Source of the DNA: a virus
Taxonomy: Duplodnaviria; Caudoviricetes
Length of the DNA stretch: 64,000 nt
IMG/VR virus record: IMGVR_UViG_2706796489_000001
Coordinates: 1-64,000 of that record
Direction: 5' to 3' (one strand)
Under the pieces are notes generated by a model. That model saw only the letters and a program-made list of their open reading frames with translations. It was not told the DNA's origin and made no database searches. Positions 45,307-55,112 of this stretch are shown here, piece after piece. Both the position numbers and the translations under genes were made by a program. Position 1 is the first letter of the stretch. The number at the start of each line of letters is the position of its first letter.

Positions 45307-45891
45307 CTAGAGTTCGAAGGCCGGGTGCGGCGTCGAATGAGCCTTGGCGGCGAGCAGCACCTTGATCTGGTGCAGCACGTCGTGCAGCGCGTTGTGGGCG
45401 TCACCTTCGAACGGGATGAGGCTTTCCAGCGCCGGGGGATCTTGCGGGTAGTAGCGACCACGCAGGAACGAGTTCATGTCGTTGGTCATGCGGAAGTGGA
45501 ACGGGTTGCCCACGCCGAATTCCTTGAAATAGGATTCCAGGAACGGGTATTCGAAGTGCGACGGCTTGGCCCACAGGCGCGGCTGATCGTTGTAGGGATC
45601 GAGGTCGGCTTGAACCCAGTCGCGGAAAGCGTTGACCACCACGTTCGGCTTCTCGCCACGGCCCATGATCGAGAGCAGCAGATCCTTCTTGTCTTTCATC
45701 CACCAGCTGCGGGTGTCTTCTTGCCAGAAGCGCGTCGGCGGCATCATCAGGCAGCGGTCGAACATATGCGGCGAGACGGTGCCTTCGGCCAGGTTGAACT
45801 TGACGGCGGCGATCTGAATGATCGCGGTCGTTTCCGGCTGCGTGCCAGTGGTTTCCAAGTCAACCATAACGTCGGGGAACAGTTGAGTCAT
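45307..45891 (-). CDS. DEDDh 3'-5' exonuclease
   Basis: VMVDLETTG...HNALHDV. Confidence 0.88.
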   Translation of the reverse strand: MTQLFPDVMVDLETTGTQPETTAIIQIAAVKFNLAEGTVSPHMFDRCLMMPPTRFWQEDTRSWWMKDKKDLLLSIMGRGEKPNVVVNAFRDWVQADLDPYNDQPRLWAKPSHFEYPFLESYFKEFGVGNPFHFRMTNDMNSFLRGRYYPQDPPALESLIPFEGDAHNALHDVLHQIKVLLAAKAHSTPHPAFEL

Positions 45892-46334
45892 GACAGAAGT
45901 TCCAGAGTGAATTGTTGAAGAGAGCGAGAGGGAATGTCATGCCACTTGACCGACTTCATATCGTTGTCGATCATGCGGATGAAGGCTTCGGCATCCACCA
46001 CATGCCACAGGTTGGTGACGATGTGGTTGATGAAGAAGTAGTAGCGACCGCCTGCGGCCAGGGTCTGGCGGGCGCAAGCCATCTGGTTCTTGGTGATGTT
46101 GCCGAAGGAGAACGACGTGGCATTCTCGGATTCCTTGACCTCGGCGTAGAACATCTTGCCGTAAGCCGAGACCAGGTAGTCGGCCGGCTGGGCGTCCTTG
46201 CGGGCCAGGCGGTCTTGCTGCTGGCCCATCACGAATAGGGTGTCGGTGAAGCGTTGAACGTGGACCCGCTTGCCGTGGGGCTTCCACCAGGACTCGAAAT
46301 AGTCCTCGGAGATCTTTCCTTTGCTGCGAGCCAT
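45888..46334 (-). CDS. PD-(D/E)xK Holliday junction resolvase (RecU-like)
   Basis: GKISE..F...PADYLV...YAEVKES..SF....I...Q. Confidence 0.78.
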   Translation of the reverse strand: MARSKGKISEDYFESWWKPHGKRVHVQRFTDTLFVMGQQQDRLARKDAQPADYLVSAYGKMFYAEVKESENATSFSFGNITKNQMACARQTLAAGGRYYFFINHIVTNLWHVVDAEAFIRMIDNDMKSVKWHDIPSRSLQQFTLELLS

Positions 46335-46408
46335 GGTCCGTCCTTCAAGAATGAAGGTTGCATTATAGGCCGGAATACACCGGAGTGGTGCATCCGGCCT
46401 AGGTCTTT

Positions 46409-46717
46409 TTAATAGACCACGCAATCGGCGCTGTTGCAGCGCCAGCCCAGGGTGTCACGATGCACGTTCTCGGTGGTGCCGCAGCTGGCGCACTTGTGCG
46501 GCACCAGGGTGAAGCGCGGCACGCCGGTATGGTGCTGGCCCTGGAAGTTGTCCAGGGTGCGGGTCCAGATGCGCCCGTCGTGCCGGCCGACGAACGTCAC
46601 CGAAGGGAACTCGCTGCCCTCCAGGGTGATGTGACCGAGGCCGAGGACTAGGTAGGTGTGGCCGTTGACATGCGTGTACTCGCGGCCATCAATGACTTCG
46701 GTGAGGCTCATGATCAT
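46409..46717 (-). CDS. DUF1653-like protein with a C-terminal zinc ribbon
   Basis: YTHVNGHTYLVLGL...WTRTLDNF; CASC...C....C. Confidence 0.65.
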   Translation of the reverse strand: MIMSLTEVIDGREYTHVNGHTYLVLGLGHITLEGSEFPSVTFVGRHDGRIWTRTLDNFQGQHHTGVPRFTLVPHKCASCGTTENVHRDTLGWRCNSADCVVY

Positions 46718-46944
46718 TTCCCTTCGATGAGGTTGAGTTTGCGGTGGGCCTTGTTCAACAACTCCATGGCCAGGGCAATGGCTTCCTTCGGGGTCAAGTG
46801 AATCCGAAGATCACGATTGCCGCCTTCCAGCTCGTGCAGCTCCACCACCATGCCTTCAGCCAGGGCAGCGCCGGAGCGCACGGTGAAGGTGTTGACCTCG
46901 ATCAGCGGCGAGGCCCGCTTGTTGAATCGTTCATCTGCCTTCAT
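46714..46944 (-). CDS. hypothetical protein
   Basis: ATG 46944 with a GGAG RBS; coupled to the next gene. Confidence 0.6.
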   Translation of the reverse strand: MKADERFNKRASPLIEVNTFTVRSGAALAEGMVVELHELEGGNRDLRIHLTPKEAIALAMELLNKAHRKLNLIEGK

Positions 46945-46952
46945 GACAGCTC

Positions 46953-48299
46953 CTATTGGTTCTCGTGCAGTCGCACGAACACGGGGTTTTTCAACGACCC
47001 GTCTTTGGTGATCTCGATGGCTTCGATCACGGCGCGCTTGCCGACCACCGTATCCTTGCCGGCGCGCCACCACAGCACGCGGGTGGCCAGGTCGAAGCCC
47101 GAGCCGCACTTCGAATCGAAGTGGTTGCCGTGCTCGTCCACGCCGCGCACATGGATGCCGCCCAGGCTTCCTTGCAGGGCCGAGTTCTTCTTGCCTTCGT
47201 AGATGTCGTAGATCTCGCCGTCGAACGTCTGCAAGGGCTTGCCCTTGAGCCAGTTCTTGCTGCGCTTGTACTCGTAGACGCCTTGGGCATTCTTGATCAT
47301 CAGACCTTCGTAGCCATCGGCCACTGCCTTCTTCAGCGCGGCCGACAGCTCTTCATGGCTGTGCGCCCACTTGACAGGGCTGGGACGCAGGATGAGGTCG
47401 TCACCGTAGATCTTTCGCATCTGTTCCATGGCGTCCAGCAGGCGCAAGCTGCGGGCTTCCTGGTTCATCAGGCACTCGCCGTTGTTCCACTGGTCCAGCG
47501 GAATCCAGTCGAAGAGGTGGTAGCGCAGCTTGGACTTGTCCGCGCCTTCCTTCTTCGATTCCATGGTGGCGTTCCAGGTGTTGGATTTGCCACCAGGGTT
47601 GAGGCGCTGGTCCATGATCTCGCCATCGAACACGATGCCGCCGTCGTCGCCGCGCCCCAGGAAGAAGCGCAGCTCGTCCAGCTGGTCATCGAACATATCA
47701 CCCAGCCAGCCCTTGCGTTGGTCCAGGCCGTCACGCGAGCGCATCTCGAAACCGAGGATCGGACCGTCGCCGGGGCGCGGCGTGGTCTTGATGAGCGTGG
47801 TCACGCGCTGGCCGTCGAACTTCAGTTCGTACATGGCGGGGAAGGGGACTTCGGTCTCACCAGGCAACCACTTCTCGGCCAGCATCACGTTGAACACGGG
47901 GATGAAGCCGGGGATGATCTTGTTGATCTCGGTTGCGCCGAAGCCCACGCGCAGGTTCTTGCGCAGCACGCAGGCCAGGGCTTCAGCCGTGTCCTTCGTG
48001 TACATGCTCAGGATCTCGATGATCTCGCTCTTGGCCGCCTTGCCGGTCAGCTCGCGGTCGGACAGCTTGTCCAGCAGCATGAAGAAGAGGTCGATGGGCT
48101 TGGAGTTCTCGGCAGCGTACTCGGTCGGCATGTCGAAGTCTTTGACGCCGAACGTGACGAACGGGGTGAGCGCCTGGAAGATCAGCTCATGAGCGGTGCT
48201 GGGAGCCGCGCCCATTCGCATGAAGGCTTCGGCCTTCTCGATGCGACTGCTGGTGGCGGCGGCTTCCTGCATGAAGCGAACGAAGCGATGAACAGTCAT
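46953..48299 (-). CDS. lig: ATP-dependent DNA ligase
   Basis: ELKFDGQR (KxDG), VFDGEI, YHLFD, EGLMIK...YEYKRSKNWLK, OB fold with CGSG. Confidence 0.93.
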   Translation of the reverse strand: MTVHRFVRFMQEAAATSSRIEKAEAFMRMGAAPSTAHELIFQALTPFVTFGVKDFDMPTEYAAENSKPIDLFFMLLDKLSDRELTGKAAKSEIIEILSMYTKDTAEALACVLRKNLRVGFGATEINKIIPGFIPVFNVMLAEKWLPGETEVPFPAMYELKFDGQRVTTLIKTTPRPGDGPILGFEMRSRDGLDQRKGWLGDMFDDQLDELRFFLGRGDDGGIVFDGEIMDQRLNPGGKSNTWNATMESKKEGADKSKLRYHLFDWIPLDQWNNGECLMNQEARSLRLLDAMEQMRKIYGDDLILRPSPVKWAHSHEELSAALKKAVADGYEGLMIKNAQGVYEYKRSKNWLKGKPLQTFDGEIYDIYEGKKNSALQGSLGGIHVRGVDEHGNHFDSKCGSGFDLATRVLWWRAGKDTVVGKRAVIEAIEITKDGSLKNPVFVRLHENQ

Positions 48300-48301
48300 T
48301 C

Positions 48302-48505
48302 TTAATCCTTGTAAAGGTCAACCCACTTTTGCTCTTTGGAATCCCAATACTCCTGAGCAATCATGGTGTAGGTGGAGAACCACACGGTCCCTGGCGCTGC
48401 GGTACTTACCTGTCCCGTTTTCTGGTCGGTGTACCGCAGCGTTCCGTGGCGCGGCCGGTCTTCAGTTGTTCTTGAATTCTTGCCAGTTGACATTGGGAGC
48501 CTCAT
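48302..48505 (-). CDS. small hypothetical protein (start uncertain)
   Basis: Fills the gap before the ligase gene. Confidence 0.4.
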   Translation of the reverse strand: MRLPMSTGKNSRTTEDRPRHGTLRYTDQKTGQVSTAAPGTVWFSTYTMIAQEYWDSKEQKWVDLYKD

Positions 48506-48743
48506 CGCATTGTTCGATCATCCACGTCTCGGCCTCGACCACGGCGTCCAGCAGCTGCTGGTCGAAGTCCTCGCCCGTGGACTCTTCGCCCCACTTGTCG
48601 AAGATCTCGTTGTGGGTCATGCGACCTTCCAACACTTCGACCTGGGCGTCCAGGCAGTGCTTGAGCATGTTCGGGATGAACTTGCGGCACTCAGCCAGAC
48701 GGTTCAGCTCGCCGCCGATCTCTTCGTTGGTGCGCATACCCAT
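48462..48743 (-). CDS. hypothetical protein
   Basis: Acidic 93-aa ORF in a packed operon. Confidence 0.65.
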   Translation of the reverse strand: MGMRTNEEIGGELNRLAECRKFIPNMLKHCLDAQVEVLEGRMTHNEIFDKWGEESTGEDFDQQLLDAVVEAETWMIEQCDEAPNVNWQEFKNN

Positions 48744-48744
48744 G

Positions 48745-48984
48745 TCACTTCCCCTCGATCATGCGGCGAATGTCCTGGGCCAGGATCGGGTACTCGCGCT
48801 CGCACGCATCAGCGTAGGCACGCAGGGCCGGCACGGCGAACTTGTCGTGGTCCAGGTCCAGCACGAAGTAGCTGGCGCCGGCACGATCACCGCCCGGTTC
48901 GTCGCGGCCATCACGGCGAGTCACCAGGTACTTCTCGTACAGGCCTTGAGGTTGGACGCTGTTGGTCTTCAGATCATCTTGCAT
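48745..48984 (-). CDS. hypothetical phage protein
   Basis: GLYEKY.V.R.DG...YFVLDL.HD.FA..AL.AYA; AAAGGA RBS. Confidence 0.65.
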   Translation of the reverse strand: MQDDLKTNSVQPQGLYEKYLVTRRDGRDEPGGDRAGASYFVLDLDHDKFAVPALRAYADACEREYPILAQDIRRMIEGK

Positions 48985-48994
48985 GGTTGTTCCT

Positions 48995-49618
48995 TTACGC
49001 GGGGTTGGACAAGTGAACCCGCTGGCCACCGCGCATGACCAGCTCGTTGTAGCGGATGAGAAAGGCGTTGCGCGAGTCGCTGTGGCTCATCGGCTCGCTC
49101 AGGTATTCGGAGATCGGGCGGGGAAGGTGGAACGCCAGCGAGGCGGTGGTGATGCCAACGTCTTCCAGGCAACCCCAGTGATCGTTGTTGCCCAGCAGCG
49201 TGAGCTTTTCAATGGCCAGCGCCAGAAGATCTGCGTGGCGCACGCGGTCGTCATGGCGGGGGTCAAAGCCGAACCACATGCCCATGAAGTACGCCAGCTC
49301 GCTCTCGATGCGGCGGTAGTCGGGCAGCAGCTTCTTGAGCGGCGACGTGATGTCGCCCATCAGCGCTTCGGTCGCGTCGTGCATCAGGCCGTCGAATTGC
49401 AGCTGGTAGTCCATCGGGTACTTCTCGGCCAACAGCTTGGAGACCAAGATGCTGTGGTGGGCGACGTTGTAGACGCCGCCCGGGATCTGGCCGCAGTAGC
49501 GGCCCGTCGAGGCCAGACCGCTGGCCACGTCGATGATCTTGAGGTGCGTGTTGGATGCGATGTTGGACCAGTCGAAATACTTGCCCGACACCAGAGAGAC
49601 ATCATTGCGGTGAATCAT
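48995..49618 (-). CDS. HD-domain 5'-deoxynucleotidase-like hydrolase (YfbR-like)
   Basis: YNVAHHS, LMHDATEALMGDITSPLK, HADLLAL..E; start at ATG 49618. Confidence 0.85.
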   Translation of the reverse strand: MIHRNDVSLVSGKYFDWSNIASNTHLKIIDVASGLASTGRYCGQIPGGVYNVAHHSILVSKLLAEKYPMDYQLQFDGLMHDATEALMGDITSPLKKLLPDYRRIESELAYFMGMWFGFDPRHDDRVRHADLLALAIEKLTLLGNNDHWGCLEDVGITTASLAFHLPRPISEYLSEPMSHSDSRNAFLIRYNELVMRGGQRVHLSNPA

Positions 49619-50270
49619 CGCTTTCTCCTTTGTTGGCCGCGTCGAGGTTGTGCTGCGCGACCAGCAACTCCCATTCTTCCTTCTTGATGCGCCGGCAACC
49701 TTCCAACCCATCCTGGTTCCACACGGCGCACTCGCCCTTGACCTTGTAGCCTTTGGCTTCCTGCGCCCTTGCATAGGCTACGATGTCCGGCGTCCACAGC
49801 GCATAAGGACCAGCCTTGCCCAGGTACAAGAAGCCGACTTCGTGGAGCGGAGGCCAGCCGATGTGTCGGAAGCCTTCTTCGGTTTCCTTGCCGTTCTCGA
49901 TCTTCACGTAGTTGAGCGTGAGGGGGATCTTGTAGGCATCAACCACGTTGCGCGGCAACGTCTCGATCTTGGGTTGTTCCTTGAAACGCTTCTCCCAGAA
50001 CGTGCCTTGCTTCGGATGGCACGTCTTGTTGCGCCCGCGAGGCTTGGTGAAGTCCGGGTGATGGTGGCCACGGGCGAAGGTCACGCCCAGCAGGACACCA
50101 GTATCGACGTGACGATAGGCGTTTTCCACCTGGGCCTCGTCGCTGATCTCCTTGATCAGCGCGTGGCGTGCACCGTCCGTAGCGATCACGTCGCGGATGT
50201 GCGCCTGCACCAGTTCAAGGGCTTGACCATCTTCGATGAGGTAGTAGAGAGCGGGGATATTTGGGGTCAT
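49602..50270 (-). CDS. hypothetical protein
   Basis: Start at ATG 50270 (ATGA coupling); 222 aa. Confidence 0.7.
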   Translation of the reverse strand: MTPNIPALYYLIEDGQALELVQAHIRDVIATDGARHALIKEISDEAQVENAYRHVDTGVLLGVTFARGHHHPDFTKPRGRNKTCHPKQGTFWEKRFKEQPKIETLPRNVVDAYKIPLTLNYVKIENGKETEEGFRHIGWPPLHEVGFLYLGKAGPYALWTPDIVAYARAQEAKGYKVKGECAVWNQDGLEGCRRIKKEEWELLVAQHNLDAANKGESDDSPQ

Positions 50271-50494
50271 TCCAGTATGTCCTCGATAACGGCGATCTGG
50301 TCGGAGTCCAGCTCGTCGCGGTTGTTTTCCAGGTACTCCGCGACCCATCCCCGATACGGGATGGACAGCCGGAGCGCTTTGCAGATTCGGGCATGAAGGA
50401 AGCTGCGGTCATCCCACGGTTTGTCCGTGATGTGTGCCAGAGCTTCCTTCAACATCTTGCCCTCATCCGAGTTCTTTCGGATGTGCGGAATCAT
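50267..50494 (-). CDS. hypothetical protein
   Basis: Coupled between the polymerase and the next gene. Confidence 0.6.
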   Translation of the reverse strand: MIPHIRKNSDEGKMLKEALAHITDKPWDDRSFLHARICKALRLSIPYRGWVAEYLENNRDELDSDQIAVIEDILE

Positions 50495-53223
50495 GCTGCC
50501 TTCTTCTCCTTCTTGGGACCATCAAGGATGTAGTCCACGATGGCCTGGCGCTCTTCGTCGTTCGCCGCCTTGCCCCAGCGGTCGGCCGATACAGCCGGCA
50601 CACCATCCTGGATTTCCATGAGTTCGATCTGCCCGTTCGGAGCTTTGTCCAGGCTCCACGGTTGCAGCGTCTTGCCCACGGCGAGCGAAGAGTCCAGCTT
50701 CAGGTTGTTGATGAGACCAGCGGGTTCGATCATGACCTCGTAGAGATCCTTCATGAACGCCACGGCTTGAGAACGCGGCACCGAGTAGACCAGCTCGTCG
50801 TGGATCAACAGGAAGAAGCGGGCGCGGTAGCCCTTCTCCTTGATGACATCCTTCATGCGGCGGATCTTGCGCTTGGCCAACGCCGCGCACAAGCCCTGCA
50901 CCATGGAGTTGACGGCCTGGTTGCCCGCGCGGCGGTTGATCTTCTTGATGACGACTTCACCGAAGTTGGCGATGGCCGGCACGCCATACTGCTGGAACTT
51001 CTGCCGCATGGCGTTCATCCACTCAATCGTGGATTCGAAGCGGTCACGGCGGTGATGATCCGGCAGCTCGACATAGCCCTGATCACGCGAGGCTTCGATG
51101 ACGCCCAGGCGCCAGGCTTCGCCCTGCGGGAAGGTGTTGCGGTACTTGTCGGACTGTTCCCACATCTCGTCCGAAGTCCATCCCATTTCCTTGGCCGTGG
51201 TCCCCAGCGCGCCGGAGTACCAGTAGCCGAAGTTGGAGACCTTGCCGATCTTGGTCCGCATCTTCTTCTTGTCGGGATGAACGTCGTACTCGTCCGGCGA
51301 CATGCCTGTGATACCGAGCACCGCCAGGCGGTGCAGATCTCGGTGAGGCCGCTGGCCATATGCTTCGAAGAAGCCCGCATCACCCGAGTATTCCCCGATG
51401 ATGACCAGCTCCACCGCCGACCAGTCGGCCGACACCAGGATGTGCTCTTCCCCCTCGGCGTCATCATCGTCCGCTTCGAAGAAGCCCCGCACATACTGGG
51501 ACTCCCCGAACTTGGCCAACTGCTGGCCGTTGGGGGTTGCGCACGCGGAGCGCCGGCTGGCCAGCAAGCTGGACAAGACCGGATAAACGCGGTTGGTCTC
51601 GGGGTCAATGAGGTTCAGGTACGGCGTGATGTACAGCTTCACGCGCTGGGCGATACCCGCCATGGCGCCGTAGGTCTGGAACACCCCCAGGCCGGCCCGG
51701 AATCGGTCGTAGGCGGGCCGCAGCTCGTCGGGTAATACCCAGGTAGCCATGTCCTCCACGGCCTCGCCCTGGGCGTCGATTTCGCGCCCATTGCTGTCTT
51801 CGATGAAACCCTTCAGCTCGCCCTCGGCGTACTTCTTGATCCAGCGGCGGCGCAGCTCGGCGCGGCAATCACCATCGGATTGGGTCTTGCCGTTGACCAG
51901 CATGAAGCTGCCGCGCATCAGGTCGTAGAGCACCACGCGCATCGGCATGTAGTGAACCAGGTTCAACCCCTTCGATTCGGGCTTGCCCTTCTCCAGCGCC
52001 CATGCTGCCGACACCGGGGAGCGAACCTGCATCACCTGAGCGAAGTCATCCTCGCTGTCCGGGCTGTTGGCCCAGTCGATGATCTGCTTGCGGTACTTGG
52101 CCGCGTTGCCGGTCCCCTTGTTCTCATCGAAGTACCACTTGTCGTACTTGGCCAGCTTCTCGTGGATGTCGTCCGGGAACGGCAGCAAGCCCCGGATGGC
52201 CTTCTTCATGTCGCGCAGCGCCTGCGCTTCCATGGAGCGCTCGACAGTGCGGCGGTCGTAGACGGCCTGAGTGTTCATCTTGATGCCGTGTTGCCAGACC
52301 TGGGAGGCCTCGCGCACGAACGGCATCTCTTGATCCAGGTAGGTCTGGAACACGGGCGGGTTGGTCTGCATGATGTAGGCCAGCACGCGATGGAACAGCT
52401 TCACGCACCAGTAGGCGTCATCAACGCCGTAGCTGGCCACTTCCTCGCCGGTCAACTGGCCCATGTGGACCTTGCCGTCCAGCGTCTGCTGGAACGTGGC
52501 CATGTCGTAGTCGAACCACGACTTCACAGCACGCTTGAGGTCGTAGCCGATGCGGATGGCGTTGACGAAGCCGTTGTACGAGTGCTCGGCGTCCGACTCC
52601 TTGGCGATGACCTTGTACAAGATCTCTTCTTGCTCGTTGGTCATCTCCTGGCCTGGCTCGAAGCCGGCGAACACGCGCTGCACGATGGGCAGGATCTTCT
52701 CGATCCCACCCAGGCCTGGCCCATAGAAGTTCTCGCGGAAGTAGGTGTCGGGCGAGTAGGCCGACACGCACAACTGCATCGAGCACAGCACGCGCTCGCC
52801 CAGGTCGTGACCCAGGGACTTCATCATCATCGTCCACTCGTAGTTCGCGTTGTGGATGATCCAGTAGGCATCGGGATTCTTCTTCTCGATGATCTGGCGA
52901 GCCTTCTCCCACGGCACGCGGTTCTCCACGTCAGCGTGAGCGAGGTTGATGTAGTAGGCCTGATCCTTCTTGTTCTCATCAGCGTAGATCGAGAAGCCCG
53001 TCACGGTCGTGCGGTTCACGTCGAACACCAGCTTCGTGTTCGACGCCTTCTGACCTTCCTCGTTGGTCTTCATGAAGCGGTTCAGACCATCGTGGCGGTC
53101 GGCGTCGTGGGTTTCGATATCGAAGCCCACGAACTTCGCCTCGCTGACTTGCGCGATCAAGTCGGGCAGCAGCTGGTCGATGTTGCGAGCATCGACCAGG
53201 ATCTTGTTCTCCGGCAACAGCAT
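50491..53223 (-). CDS. polA: family A DNA polymerase with 3'-5' exonuclease
   Basis: Exo I FDIET; motif A SADWSAVEL; motif B R...GKVSNFG..Y (Phe at the PolI-762 equivalent); motif C IHDEL. Confidence 0.93.
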   Translation of the reverse strand: MLLPENKILVDARNIDQLLPDLIAQVSEAKFVGFDIETHDADRHDGLNRFMKTNEEGQKASNTKLVFDVNRTTVTGFSIYADENKKDQAYYINLAHADVENRVPWEKARQIIEKKNPDAYWIIHNANYEWTMMMKSLGHDLGERVLCSMQLCVSAYSPDTYFRENFYGPGLGGIEKILPIVQRVFAGFEPGQEMTNEQEEILYKVIAKESDAEHSYNGFVNAIRIGYDLKRAVKSWFDYDMATFQQTLDGKVHMGQLTGEEVASYGVDDAYWCVKLFHRVLAYIMQTNPPVFQTYLDQEMPFVREASQVWQHGIKMNTQAVYDRRTVERSMEAQALRDMKKAIRGLLPFPDDIHEKLAKYDKWYFDENKGTGNAAKYRKQIIDWANSPDSEDDFAQVMQVRSPVSAAWALEKGKPESKGLNLVHYMPMRVVLYDLMRGSFMLVNGKTQSDGDCRAELRRRWIKKYAEGELKGFIEDSNGREIDAQGEAVEDMATWVLPDELRPAYDRFRAGLGVFQTYGAMAGIAQRVKLYITPYLNLIDPETNRVYPVLSSLLASRRSACATPNGQQLAKFGESQYVRGFFEADDDDAEGEEHILVSADWSAVELVIIGEYSGDAGFFEAYGQRPHRDLHRLAVLGITGMSPDEYDVHPDKKKMRTKIGKVSNFGYWYSGALGTTAKEMGWTSDEMWEQSDKYRNTFPQGEAWRLGVIEASRDQGYVELPDHHRRDRFESTIEWMNAMRQKFQQYGVPAIANFGEVVIKKINRRAGNQAVNSMVQGLCAALAKRKIRRMKDVIKEKGYRARFFLLIHDELVYSVPRSQAVAFMKDLYEVMIEPAGLINNLKLDSSLAVGKTLQPWSLDKAPNGQIELMEIQDGVPAVSADRWGKAANDEERQAIVDYILDGPKKEKKAA

Positions 53224-53238
53224 CGTGTGCTCCTTGGA

Positions 53239-53679
53239 TCAGGCGCGGCGGGGACGAATGTCCAGGACCATCTCGTAGCGGCCCATGGCCAGCGGCACGG
53301 TCGGCCGGTTCTCGATGGTCACGACCACGCCCAGCTCGTTGGCGGTCTTGACCAGCAGTTCGGCCTGGGCGCGCACGCGGTTCTCGGCGTCCTTGAGCGT
53401 CAGCGCCGGCCCGGTCTGGCGGGCCAGGAAGTCGTTGATCTCGGTGCGGGTCACGACGACCGGGATCACCGGGCCGTCGAGCTTCCAGCCCTTCTTGCCC
53501 TTGGTGGCCACGCGGTACTTGCCCTTGCACAGGATGGCGTCGGTGCCGATGCGTTCGAACTCGTAGAACGAGAACTCGTTGCTCGTGACCAGCGTGTCGC
53601 GGTTCAGCTTTTCCCAGGCCGCGAGCATGTAGGGTTCGGGTTCGGGGTAGCTGGGGCAGTGGTAGGGGAGCATGTCCAT
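53239..53679 (-). CDS. hypothetical protein
   Basis: 146-aa ORF with biased codons. Confidence 0.7.
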   Translation of the reverse strand: MDMLPYHCPSYPEPEPYMLAAWEKLNRDTLVTSNEFSFYEFERIGTDAILCKGKYRVATKGKKGWKLDGPVIPVVVTRTEINDFLARQTGPALTLKDAENRVRAQAELLVKTANELGVVVTIENRPTVPLAMGRYEMVLDIRPRRA

Positions 53680-53682
53680 GAC

Positions 53683-53898
53683 TTAGATTCCTTCTTCGAG
53701 AACGGCCACTTGAGTGGCCAGGGTGCAGATGGCCAGGGCCACGAGGCCATGGGGGTTGTTCGCCTTCACAGTGGCCATGAGCTGGGTGATGATCTCTTGG
53801 CATTTCTGCTGGTCTTCAGCAGGCATCGCGCGCAGTTCGTCTTGAGCTTCCATGAGGTCAAGTCGCGCCTTACGCAACTCGTCTTGCTTCGTGGTCAT
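53683..53898 (-). CDS. hypothetical protein
   Basis: ATG 53898 overlaps the exonuclease stop. Confidence 0.6.
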   Translation of the reverse strand: MTTKQDELRKARLDLMEAQDELRAMPAEDQQKCQEIITQLMATVKANNPHGLVALAICTLATQVAVLEEGI

Positions 53899-54677
53899 AG
53901 GAGAAATCCTTTCAGGATGGATTCGATTTGCGACGGGTTGGGTTTCCCGAAGGTCATGCGCTTGATCAGGTCGTCGTTGGGTACGTCGCGGAACCCGGCA
54001 ACGGTCCACATGGCCTTCAGGGTGGCTTCGTTTTCCTTGACCCACGTCAAAGACGCCGGCCGCAATGCCAAAGCGTCGGCAAACATCTCCCAGTCGAGCT
54101 TCCGGGAATTTTCGAAGTAGTCGAGCCATAGTGCTTTGTCCGTTTTTTCCCAGGCCACGTCCCCGAAGAGATGTATGCCTTTGATGGTGTCAGATTTATC
54201 GCCCACGAGGGTCTTGTACAACCGAACTTCAGTCCAGTCGGTGTTCTCGTAGGTCGTGTTGTCTCGACCATGGATGGTCACGTTCACGCCGTCACACAGC
54301 GCGAGGAAGTCGCCGTCGTTGGAGTAGATCTTGATGCGTTGACCCGTCCCGATGCGCGGTCGAACCAGCGCGCTGATCACGTCGTCGCCCTCGTAGTGGG
54401 GGACTTCGACCTGGATCACACGAGTATGCAGCAGCACTTGCTTGAACAAGTCCTGGATCTTGTAGAACTCGTCACTCGCTCTTATCCGTTTGCTCTTGTA
54501 CAGCGGGTAGATATCCTGGCGGTACTTCTTGGAATGGTAGCCATCCCAGACGTAGATGACAGGATCTCCAACGGGATACGTCAGCTCGATGTCGGCCAAC
54601 ACGCCGCGAATCAAGCCGGTGGCTTCGAACATGCGGCGGAAGGTGTTGTTTCCGTCAACGATGTGAACTGTGGTCAC
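53895..54677 (-). CDS. 5'-3' exonuclease/flap endonuclease (RNase H-like)
   Basis: IVDGNN, VWDG, YRQDIYPLYKSKR, YEGDDVI, SNDGDF, LVGDKSDTIKG; start at GTG 54677. Confidence 0.92.
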   Translation of the reverse strand: MTTVHIVDGNNTFRRMFEATGLIRGVLADIELTYPVGDPVIYVWDGYHSKKYRQDIYPLYKSKRIRASDEFYKIQDLFKQVLLHTRVIQVEVPHYEGDDVISALVRPRIGTGQRIKIYSNDGDFLALCDGVNVTIHGRDNTTYENTDWTEVRLYKTLVGDKSDTIKGIHLFGDVAWEKTDKALWLDYFENSRKLDWEMFADALALRPASLTWVKENEATLKAMWTVAGFRDVPNDDLIKRMTFGKPNPSQIESILKGFLL

Positions 54678-54681
54678 GGTG

Positions 54682-54882
54682 TCATACCTGCTTGAAAATG
54701 TGGAACTGCTCGACATCCGCGTGCCATGCTTTGGCACACTTGGCGACGACCCGATTGCACTCACGCTTAGTCTTAAACTGCGTGGCTTCGGTAGGCTTGA
54801 AGGTGCCACCGAAGTCTCCGGTTCCATCAGGGTCGAGAAGCCAATAGCCGGGGTGTGTACGACTTGAGAAATAGATAATCAT
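54682..54882 (-). CDS. small hypothetical protein
   Basis: ATG 54882 with an AAGGA RBS. Confidence 0.55.
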   Translation of the reverse strand: MIIYFSSRTHPGYWLLDPDGTGDFGGTFKPTEATQFKTKRECNRVVAKCAKAWHADVEQFHIFKQV

Positions 54883-54895
54883 GTCGGTCCTTGAG

Positions 54896-54930
54896 AAAAG
54901 AAAAGGGCGGAAGGTTTTATCCTTCCACCC
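54896..54930 (-). terminator. rho-independent terminator
   Basis: Minus strand reads GGGTGGAAGG-ATAAAA-CCTTCCGCCC-TTTTCTTTT. Confidence 0.75.
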
Positions 54931-55112
54931 TTTGATGGCTCCAGTCGCTGTTCGGCGTTGCTGGAGGGTCTTTAGCGAAAGCACGCATAGCGGACCCTGG
55001 GGCGTTGCCGAACTGAAGGTGCCGAGGTTTCCCGCCTACATCGTGATGGTTGCTTCCCCATCACAAGCTCCCCTCGGGTCCGTCCACCTTCACAACTGGA
55101 GCCATCAAAGGG
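54928..55112. ncRNA. candidate structured non-coding RNA (unclassified)
   Basis: 18-bp perfect terminal inverted repeat enclosing two multi-helix arms; no credible ORF. Confidence 0.55.

Noticed and set aside
39277-53223. Possible 2-aminoadenine (Z) or other modified-base genome, suggested by the HD hydrolase, MazG and family A polymerase
   Set aside because: No PurZ, 7-deazaguanine pathway or hydroxymethylase/transferase genes in the window, and ThyX implies normal dTMP. It could only be revisited if such genes lie outside the window.
50491-53223. Unusual polymerase O-helix residue
   Set aside because: The motif B position equivalent to PolI 762 is the ordinary Phe (KVSNF)
54928-55112. Retron msr-msd, MITE/IS end pair, or hammerhead ribozyme
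   Set aside because: No reverse transcriptase or transposase in the window, no evident target-site duplication, and CTGAAGG does not match the hammerhead CUGANGA core
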